Shown here piece after piece: positions 54,601 to 64,000 of a stretch of 64,000 nucleotides of DNA. The position numbers and the translations under genes are program-made. Source of the DNA: Bispira polyomma (taxonomy: Eukaryota); NCBI GenBank assembly GCA_965649765.1, contig OZ287750.1:5208001-5272000 (forward strand), read 5' to 3'. Position 1 is the stretch's first letter, and every line of letters starts with the position of its first letter. The notes under the pieces are model-generated. The model saw nothing but the letters and a program-made list of their open reading frames with translations. It ran no database searches and was not told the origin of the DNA.

Positions 54601-56394
54601 TTCGCACACTGCATGCTAAACTCGATAAACATAAATCAGGTAAAATAGAATTCTAAGTCCTTTTTTTGATTGAATCCAGTTTAGCTGCAACAAATTTACA
54701 GATTATCATGAGAGTGAAAGGAAGTCTCCTGCAAAATGGTTAACAGATCCATTTGCATACATCAATTTACTGCAGCAAAAAAAAGGAATACGGTATTACT
54801 ATTTTATTAAAAAAAAAGGTCTTGACAAATGAAGTCTTTAAAAGCCCTCTTGCAGAATGAGCTGTCAGAAAGTTATTGCAATATTTGCTGAGCACAAGTT
54901 GCCTCTTTCATCAGTCATTTAAAGATCACAGAGACTCTAAGCTCGACCAGCATCCTTAGTAAGAAACCACAGAGAAACAGTTTGCTTTTTTACTGGCGCC
55001 GCTACATTCGGTTAGGTAAAATCATTAAAAGCCTTGAAAGCGTCGCCATTAATGCTGATTGTTCTCTGCAGAAGTCTAGTTGAAGTAAGGTATATATTGT
55101 AATGTCAAACAGGTTTGAATTTGGACAGTATGAATGATAAAGCAGACTTGACAATAATTACAGCAGATCTTCTACTATATACATGTAATCCCTTTTGGGG
55201 AAGCAATACATATTGTTCCTAAGCTTTCAACTATAGGGCAGTCATTAGAGCGCATACCTCAGCCAAAAAGTTAAAAAAATAAAATTCACCTTTATCCAAC
55301 TTTCGACCTAGATCCGCTCCAAAATTGAGTGGATTCTTATTCTTTCTTGATCCATGGGACATCCCTCCTACATTTCATGTAAATTGGTTTAATATTTGTT
55401 GTACATTCGTAGTAAAATGGTTTTATCCTGATATTGGTTCATTTCACTGAACATTTTCCACCGAACTGATTAGTGTTCACAATTTATATGCAGTGCCAAT
55501 TGATAAATCTTCATAAATGTGATATGCTTGATCTACATTAGCAACTAAATCAAAAAACAATTTCCATATCTATATCCAATAACACTGTGTTTCCACTAGG
55601 AGAATTGCTGATAATATGCAAACGATCAATCATCTTCCATTGGGTCAGAATTATTTAATATAATAATACAGCAACGTTGTTTTGTAAAGGTGAACTTGCA
55701 TTATTTTAGCAATACTGTTATCTGTTTGAAATATATAAAAAAGAACTAAAGTTTTGAAATATATGGCATCTATGTATTAGTTATTCATTCTATATTTTAA
55801 ATAATGTAAAAAAAATTTAATTGATAAAAACAATTATTATAAAAATAATCAAAATTAATTATGATTTCTAATTATAATTCAAATTATATTTACCAACTTT
55901 ACAATTTTTGATGTGCAGTCACCCTTGAAAAAAAAGGACCACCCAAGACCAAGACAGAATATACAAGTGGTCTTTGTGGAGGGGTGGTCTGTTAATAGAG
56001 GTTTAAATTAAAATCTGGGACACCTTTTTTAATAAGGGATCTGTTTTCTATAATTGGTCCCTGGGACAGATATTACCGTATTCTCAATTTTATTTTAAAA
56101 AACTCCAATTTTAGGTGTGAGAGATGAAATATATACTCTACCTTACATTTGCAGTGTAAACTATCGGTGCTTTGTTGCTATTATGACTGATTAAGTGCTA
56201 AAAAGGTATGCGACTTTCATCCAGAAAATCCTAAATTACTCATTTACTCATATAAATTGGTAATAATCAAAAATGGGGTCTGCCTAAAAGGTATTCCATG
56301 TCTAGTTTTGCAAGCACAAAACAAAAATTGCTAGTGATTTCTGTATATTTTAGTCTGCATTTTTATTTCTTGTTTAACACAATAGACAATAGTC

Positions 56395-56425
<31 letters not shown>

Positions 56426-56920
56426 AAAGTAACGGACGCTTGTTTAAATCAAATACACAATGATTTGAAGTAAAAATATTTAAATAAAATACAAAATGAT
56501 TTGTAGTAACAATATTTAAAATGTTTTGCTGCACTTTTAAAGCTTGACAGGGAATGACATTTACTTAGACTCAATCGGCCGGGGTTAGTATAGTTTTGAC
56601 TTATGGGATAGTCAAATAAATCTAGCCAATTACCCGAATTTTGGAGGTCAGGATAGCAACTTGACTGCAATTAGGAGATATTCTTTTTATCAGTTGGGTC
56701 TCTGAGTTTTGTGGTTTGGGACAGCACGTTTTCTGGCTCACTGGTTCCTATTTTGAGATTGCTGGCCAGTATGTACAAAAAATTCATGTCATTCTCTTGT
56801 ACTCAACAACCTATTACTTCTACAGCACACATAGATGATATCTTTTTTTTTAATATTGCAGCAGCATTAGTGTTAATCCTTGAGCAAATGATGGAATTGT
56901 ATTGTTGTGTCATTTTACAG

Positions 56921-57012
56921 GGATCACAGGGACAGTTAGTATTGATGAGAATGGCGACAGGAATGCAGATTACTCCCTGCTAGATATGAATCCAGACACT
57001 GGCACATTTGAG
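56921..57012 (+). CDS. NPR1-like: NPR-like receptor coding exon 5
   Basis: Acceptor cattttacag|GG; (G)ITGTVSIDENGDRNADYSLLDMNPDTGTFE; donor GAG|gtgaga; 92 nt. Confidence 0.94.
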
Positions 57013-57789
57013 GTGAGAATTTGTTAGGGGTGGCATTTATTTTTTATACAAAAAACCAAGATGTGGTGAAAAGCTGCATCCCTAGTTAAATGGCAGTTTT
57101 TCTCACTCAATATCATTACCCTCTGATCTATTGAAAGTATTTGACAACAGCATGCCAGGAGTATTGATCATCTTGTGCTAAATGTCTTGGGAACAAAAAA
57201 AAATTAATTTAAACACCCAGAATTTTATTTATGTCTCAAACCAGTGACATAAATTTATAAGACCTGATGAATTCTGGTAACTAGATTTGTTTGATAAGCA
57301 AAAACTACAGCATCCCATAACTTTAAAGATATTGGCACTTGGGGGATGTGAAGAAATGTAGTGATGCATATCTTTTACTGTCAGATTTGAAGCCATTAGT
57401 AATTGTGCTGAAGAGTTGGTCTCAATACTACAAGCCAGTCAACAGAGTCTTTATTGGGAGAAAAGTGAAAGAAGTTGACAATGAATGTGATCGCAGTTGA
57501 GACCCTTCACTGACATGGCTTAAGTTATATCTCCTCTGTAAAGAGACTCTTTATACTATGGCCTAGTATTAGTCTCGCGGAGGCTCAAACTCATTGAGTT
57601 TAATATAATGTCTCTTTCAACATGTCTTGTGTCACATTACGATGGCCAGTTTACAGGTGGACAAAATCAAAGCAGGGTAGTTGGTCTGATGTTTTTGCTC
57701 TGTAAACCACAAAACCTGCTTCTGTAAAGAAACTCTTTTATGCTATGGTGCAGTACTAATCTCAGTGAGGCTCAAATTTGTTGGGTTTA

Positions 57790-57985
57790 ATTTAATTTTG
57801 CTGGGGGTTTAACATCGCTTTTAACACATCTTGTCTCATATCACGAGAGGCAGTTCACAAAAAGGATAGTTGGTCAAGGTTTTCTGCTCTGCTAAGCACT
57901 AACCTTCAGCAAGTTCCCTGCCGACTTTCCCACATATGCGTCAAAGGTGGAAGGCGAGTGTCTTACCATTACATTACCAATGCCT
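57790..57985 (-). mobile_element. Related SINE copy (same subfamily as 5061-5263); partly duplicated upstream at ~57534-57720
   Basis: Reverse strand reads tgtaatggtaagacactcgcc...tatgtgggaaagtcggcagggaacttgctgaagg...aaagcgatgttaaac. Confidence 0.7.
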
Positions 57986-60299
57986 CTTTTCAAATTCCTT
58001 GAGAGAATGGCTCTTTACTAAGTGCCATTTTCTTTCAGTAAGAAATCATTTAAGGACGAATATTCTTTTCCAGAGTTTTATATTATGTAGCATACATCAT
58101 ACATCATACATCATTTGTCAACTTAATGCTCACCCACTTTAAGTGAAACGACACACTAAGCCAATTCAAGGCTATGGGCCTTCACTTAAGCCTGTTCAGG
58201 AGTGTTGGGCACCTATAAATCTTCCTAGTAAAGGCAGTAAGCCATCTGAATAGAAGGCTTTGGTGAAGTCTGTGATTCCCTTCTCTTAACTTGTCCATCT
58301 TCTACATACTTTTTGTGGTAGTGAACTGTTTATTACAGTTTAGCCTATACGCGCTATTCTAAAGGTTCGGGATGTAACCAATGCTTACCTCTTTAGTTGT
58401 ATCATCATAATCTATAGTGTATTTGCCCTGTATTCTGATGTTGCTACACATATGGCTGCTTTAAAGCACAAGTGTTTATATATCGAGTAAGTGCTGGAAG
58501 CAAAATGTTAAGAATTGTGTTAGGTAAGAGATATAGCAGTACTTGAGCGGTTTCAGCAATGAATGCAGCCATAAAAGGGGGGAATTTATTGCCATAGTAA
58601 CGTAAATTGTTTTAACCATTTCTCACACTTGCTGTACAAATAATCAGTGACAATCCTTTTTGTTGGTTAAAACAGTCAGGTCACAGTTTGTACATAAAAG
58701 AGCTGTTAGTTTTTAGCCTGTGATAAACGTGTATGTGGCACAGATATACGTGTATATAAGTAATGATGACACACCAAAGGGTTAATTTACTCCCTGGCTA
58801 TTGATACTAGTACCAACCTTAAGTGATTATTTTATATACATTTGTGCTTTTATATAATCAAGGAATAACTAAAATACATAAACGTTTTATTTTACTATCT
58901 AACCTGTTTTTAAGTGGAAATCCTGCTTAAGTAGGGATATACTTAGTCTAGTGCCTTGACGTTCAACTCAAAGCGGTTCATCTGCATATAGAAAAATATA
59001 CACCATGAAATCTATTATCATAAAGTTGGATGTGTCTAAATTGTGAGGTAAATCTTTATATGAAATCATGACACATATTTTGCTGTCAAGATCTTGATAA
59101 TAATGCCACATATATATAACTGTCATGGAACTGCTTTTAATCTAAAACAGCTTTAAATGCAATGCATATCATATACAGATTTAGTTTTATAAGAAAATAT
59201 CTCAATATCATGTTTTACTTGAAGATCGTCATGCAAGAAAGCAGTTACATTGTAAACAGTGTCATTAAACTACAGACGAGTAATTTTTCTTGGGCAAATT
59301 TACAACCGTCAATTCTTCCTTCTCATTGTGATTCAAGCTCAATTCTCATTGGTCATTAGGCCCCCAAAAAAGCACATCCCTTGTTAGGAAAGCTGTTTTA
59401 GCCTGGACATGACCAACCCGTGAAGTAACTTTACAGGTTTAATCTCCCAAGGGAACGAATCTCCTTTTTTGTGTGTAAGTGTTTGTCATCATAGAAACTG
59501 CTACAGGAAATGCATCTTGCTTAGAAAGTGTCACTAATGGGGCTATAAAGTTAAGTCTCCCAGAATATAAAATAGGCCTGGTCTTCGAGGAAAGAACCTC
59601 AGATTTTGTGTGTGAGTAAGTAGCATTTAGATTGCAGTTGTTTATGGGCATTCATTAGGATACACCCCCAAAAATAGAATGCCTGTGCCATTAAGATTAA
59701 GCAGATAAAAAATAAAACTTTACTTAACAATTTTCAAATCTTTAGCAGGAACTAATATGACTGTGTTTGACTTAGTGTTACCATGTAAAAGAGTATGCCA
59801 CCGTAATCCGTTGACCCTCAGGCTATAGTATTTATGAAACTAAGTACATTAGTATGTCCTTTACTCCTTTGTAGGTTTTGTGTGAAATAGAATAGCATAA
59901 AAAATAGTATAGCATTAAATCTGGTCATTCAACTACTTAACTGACTTAAAACAGGGCCCAAGTTCTCTATACACTGCTAATGGCCTAGTCACACCTACAC
60001 AGAAAATCGTACCCTAATCATCTTTTGTGTTTGGCCTAGTTAAGGGCCGGTAATGTCCAAGAATGTCTGGTAATGTATAATAATGTTAGTTACTTACGTT
60101 TCACAACAAATTGAAAACATACTTTATTGTACGTTTCTGACATTCTTATGATGAATCTGCCACAAGATCGAAATATACGGAAAAAAGCTACTTTATCTCT
60201 ACCTAATACTACGTATAGCTACTTATTGCTACTTACACTGCTACTTCGGTGAAATGTTTTGTGATGAATACAGATGAATACAGAAATGGAAAGCTCTGG

Positions 60300-60370
60300 C
60301 ACGATTATTTCAAACAGTTTGAAATAATCGTGGCAGATTATTTCAAACTGTTTGAAATAATCGTGGCAGA
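60300..60370. repeat. Tandem pair of perfect palindromes (33-bp period)
   Basis: cacgattatttcaaac-a-gtttgaaataatcgtg followed by gattatttcaaac-t-gtttgaaataatc. Confidence 0.9.
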
Positions 60371-60591
60371 GGACAACACAAAGAAATTGTGAAATGAACT
60401 ATGACATCAGAAAACGTTTACACAAGGAATATTCACTTTGCAATACTTTATGAAGCGTTTTCAAACTTTGTACAGTCGTAGCTCTTGCTTCAACGTAGAG
60501 GGTGACCGAGGCATAAGGTGTCACACACTGGGCCACAGTGGCAGTTATCAGATAAACACAGTATGTACGTTATGTATGCAACACTTTGTAG

Positions 60592-60730
60592 GTAGTAGCC
60601 AACTACTTTGGCAGCAGAAAGAAGTATGAAGCAGTATCAGGGAAGTCCATTCACTGGGCAGGAGATCGAGCTGAGGCCCCTCCAGACACCCCACAGTGTG
60701 GATTTGATCGTTCTGGATGTCCACCGGAAG
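60592..60730 (+). CDS. NPR1-like: NPR-like receptor coding exon 6 (juxtamembrane Cys motif)
   Basis: Acceptor actttgtag|GTA; VVANYFGSRKKYEAVSGKSIHWAGDRAEAPPDTPQCGFDRSGCPPE; donor GAAG|gtcagt; 139 nt. Confidence 0.92.
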
Positions 60731-60845
60731 GTCAGTCAGAGACAGTATACCAAACTATACATTATGATCCATAGTATAGAACCTCTAGTGTGAAGGATAC
60801 ATAATAATGCCCTACTGTTTATTGCCTACATGATTGGTAAATAAA

Positions 60846-60922
60846 AATGATTTTCGGGTTGCGGTGACTCAAAATACGCTGGCATGGAGATTATGCACCA
60901 AAGGTTAGATTAGATAAGATTA
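60846..60922 (+). mobile_element. Degenerate copy of the same L2-type tail
   Basis: atgattttc...ctcaaaatacgctggcatggagattatgc...aaggttagattagataagatta aligns by eye with the two other copies. Confidence 0.6.
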
Positions 60923-61255
60923 CATTAAGGTAATAATCTTTACAAATCGTTCCTCAATGCATGAACAAAAATGCATGAACAAATCAAAAGTCCAATTCAA
61001 TCATAGTTTCTCATATGGTGCACCTAAGTTATGAGACGACCTACCACGAGATATTTTTTAGTTGCTAACCTTCTCTTTTAACCTTTACAAGTAAGCTCAA
61101 GACATATCCCTATCAAACAGCTTATCCCACCTGACACGGTCTTACTACCACTGACTCCCTCTTTGGTAACAATACTTTTTTCTGTTCGCCCCAATTCTAC
61201 CACTTAACAATGATTTCGGCTGTTACACCTTAGAAGCCACTAGTACTGAGTTTAA

Positions 61256-61464
61256 ATTTTAAATTGGAATATTTAACGTCCACTCTAGTACCTGTTTAGG
61301 TTTTATTGGGACAGGTAGTTGAAAACACTGGAGGAAACACTGCATACAGTTGATCAAGGTTCTGCACTGAAACCAGTGGCCCACAGTAAGGAACTACCAC
61401 CTTTCCCACATGATTGCGATTGTGAAGCGAATGCTGGCTAACCACTAGGCCACCGCGGCCCCCG
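61256..61464 (-). mobile_element. SINE family A copy with an internal deletion of the B-box region
   Basis: Reverse complement aligns to 49312-49561; 16-bp TSD ctagtactgag(t/c)ttaa at 61240 and 61465. Confidence 0.88.
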
Positions 61465-63618
61465 CTAGTACTGAGCTTAAGTACCATTACGGAATTGGTT
61501 AGACAGTCAACAGATCCTTTTTAGTCCTTCAGGTAACAGTCATTTGAATTTAAAGGGTACATCAGTATAGATTTTTCTATTCCCTCAAAGTCTCGAGCTG
61601 AACTCAAATTTAGGCTCAAATCTGTAGTCCCCATTTCTCTTTCTTCAGCAAATACATTTCTTTTTAATATCTAAATAGGTAGTTACATCTACAATGACTT
61701 CCATCTGACCTTCACATAGTGGGTGAGTGTGTATTTTAGTGGAGTTTATAGGACGGCTTTACCGGTGGAATAATGGACTAGGGCCGATATTATTTAAAGC
61801 AAATAATGAGATATTTTTCATCTAAATGTGAAGAAATTTTGTACTTACTGACGAAAGTATTTATCCGTACATTATTTTCCCAGATAAAGTATGGCTACAA
61901 ATTGCGGAAAGGCAGCTTTTGTGTTCTATGCGGACTTCCGGTCTTTATAATATAGGATAAAGAGCTTTAGTGGGAGATTTACTAACATTTATACATTAAA
62001 AATTGATTGGCAATGCAGTTATGTGTATTTTTGTTTCAGTGAAAATGTCATAAAGCCCAGGAAAAAAGTGTCATCTTTTTTTCAAATGGCCTTTAGATTT
62101 GTGGAAAAAAAAAATGGTACTGAATGTTAATAGCCCATAAACCGTAAATGGAGTTATAGCTGAAAAATGGATGGTCTTGAGATGTAGCACACTAAAACAG
62201 GCTTTTTGTCTCTTAATACATCTCAACATAACTCTCACTTAGCACAGCTCATGATCAATTAATTGATCTCTGGAGTCCCAAGTCAGTGCATATAGCCAGT
62301 GATAACAACCACAGTTCATATTTCAATCCCAGTTGGCCAGCTTGAATCTCCCGTTTCCACAGCAGTGGCGACAGGTAGCCTTGTTTTGGCTTAAATATAT
62401 TAAACAAACTAAATGGTTATAGCTTATATAAACATCGATCGCGATCCACAAAACTTGTCTGTTGTGAAAATGTCAAAAATAAAACTTTCTTAATGAGTCC
62501 TGTGTTAAAACAAACTTCATTTAGACATAAATATTTTGGTATATAATTATACAACTTACATCAGTATACATGCTTTGCCTTTAATTTGCTTCCAAATTCG
62601 AAACACTGAGTTTATACGTGTTGGGAAAAAAAGATTTCGTTCAGATAATAGAAGATTTAAGTAAAAGAATATGGAAATAAAAAATTAGGAGAGTGAAAAT
62701 GTGTTCATACATCGACTATTTGGATAATAAAGATGGTCTATTAACCCTTTGTTGATGAGAGATGTCAACAAGTAAGCCTAACCACATATTATTCCCCGAA
62801 ATAATCGATAACCCCTGATTATTGTTTTACATTCTCTTAGTACTGCATATTTTTGGTGACCTGGGTTAATACAAAGGTTTTAATTCTTACATTTTTGTCT
62901 CAATCAATTTGACTGGCTGAATTTATTGTTTCAAAAAATCTGATTGGCTGAGACTAAGAAAATTTTTATGGAAGTTTGTAAATATGGCCCTGATGAGTTA
63001 TTAAAGAACCATTGTGAAATCCTTTGGAGTTTTATGAAATATAAGTTTTACTGACGCCTGCTATCTGGTACCAGTTTAACCTCTGAATTATCTTCAGAAT
63101 AGGGTATATAATTACTGCTGTTAGAAGAAAAAGTGTTTTAAATCATCATCATATTTGGCTTTTCCATACATGTCTATATGTATCCATAGTTAACATTGTA
63201 CCAGTTTCAGATGTTCACACAGAGATGTGTACCATTGACTTTTCCTTCCACTTTTTCTCAAACATTACAAAATCTGTGCTCATTACCCTCTGTCAATCAT
63301 AGTTTCTGTTATTTAAATCTTTGAATATTTAACTGTCAATATATAAAATTCATGTACAAAATGATACATCCAAAATATAGACATATGTAGGATCCTAGCA
63401 AGATTTGTCATGTATACAAGCCATTGCCCAAGTTTACTAGTGATTGACTTTAGCAAATGAGGAAGCCTGTCCTTTGACTGTGGAATTATGATTAGAATTG
63501 TATCCCTGAATAAATTCCCTTCATCCAGTCTTCAGTCAGTATAGTCTGGCCTATTGAACTGCTAGAAGTTATCAGTGATGACCTGGAATATATACCGACC
63601 CCAAAATGATGTAAACTA

Positions 63619-63700
63619 CAGTAGAAACTTGATTATCCGAACATTTTGGGCAGAAATTCAGATTTTGTTTACATAGTAGAAGGTTCATAACATAGTGTTC
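63619..63700. mobile_element. Same MITE family, left-end fragment
   Basis: ta|cagtagaaacttgattatccgaac. Confidence 0.6.
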
Positions 63701-63719
63701 ATTAAAGGTTATAGTTTCT

Positions 63720-63792
63720 TCCAGGATGAAATATGGCTAATTATGACATAATCTGTTGAAAGCGCCGTAAAATCCAACTAAATTCCAACTCA
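63720..63792 (+). mobile_element. SINE 3' tail fragment
   Basis: ctgttgaaagcgccgtaaaatccaact matches the tail type of the other SINEs. Confidence 0.5.
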
Positions 63793-64000
63793 AATGTAAA
63801 ACACCAAGTTGAAGTCATTTGCAATCATACAATGTGTCTCAGGAAAATCAGAGACTCTATTGGGGGAAAGGACACCCTCTGATATTTATACATTTGTGAT
63901 GTTTGAAATCATGCAAGCTTAAAATAACACTAAATTTCAGCCAAATCATATATTGAACTGTAAACTACATGCAAGAAACACCTTGGAAAGTAGACATTTT

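Larger units (their letters stand above)
22102..60730 (+). other. NPR1-like: Natriuretic peptide receptor-like / receptor guanylyl cyclase-family gene, 5' part (6 coding exons, 3'-incomplete)
   Basis: Six exons join with canonical GT-AG and compatible phases (1,2,0,1,0,1) into one open frame of 1399 nt. Motifs typical of the NPR ectodomain: FLGPACDYAVAPIARF, VVLCAS, EYVFFNIDLF, AFHDAVILYALALNET, GITGTVSIDENGDRNADYSLLD, PQCGFDRSGC. The NPR1/2 (cyclase) versus NPR3 (clearance) type cannot be decided without the downstream exons. Confidence 0.93.

Noticed and set aside
56394-56428. C23-A12 homopolymer junction
   Set aside because: Simple sequence of unreliable length; the GGGGGGG 'ORF' over it is spurious.
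60731-64000. Search for the transmembrane exon 7
   Set aside because: Acceptor-like sites at ~61882, ~62039 and ~63210 give no hydrophobic helix and stop quickly; the exon must lie beyond the window.

Overview
AT-rich eukaryotic (animal, probably lophotrochozoan/mollusc-like, judged from its repeat types) genomic DNA, not prokaryotic. The only well-supported protein gene is a + strand natriuretic-peptide-receptor-like gene (NPR1/NPR2/receptor guanylyl cyclase family). Its first six coding exons (22102-22825, 36883-36994, 43964-44159, 51005-51140, 56921-57012, 60592-60730) splice GT-AG in frame into 1399 nt (466 codons). They encode a signal peptide and the whole extracellular ANF-receptor ligand-binding domain; the transmembrane and cytoplasmic exons lie beyond the window. 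The rest is intron or intergenic DNA full of tRNA-derived SINEs, L2-type LINE 3' ends, TA-flanked MITEs, other non-autonomous DNA elements and tandem duplications. The most unusual observations concern the gene's splice-site neighbourhoods: (i) four duplicated decoy copies of the exon-4 acceptor, each AG|GTAA; (ii) the same LINE tail in sense orientation just behind the donors of exons 2, 4 and 6; (iii) a uORF doubled in frame just upstream of the start codon; (iv) satellites arising from MITE termini. No CRISPR, rRNA or intact tRNA genes were seen.
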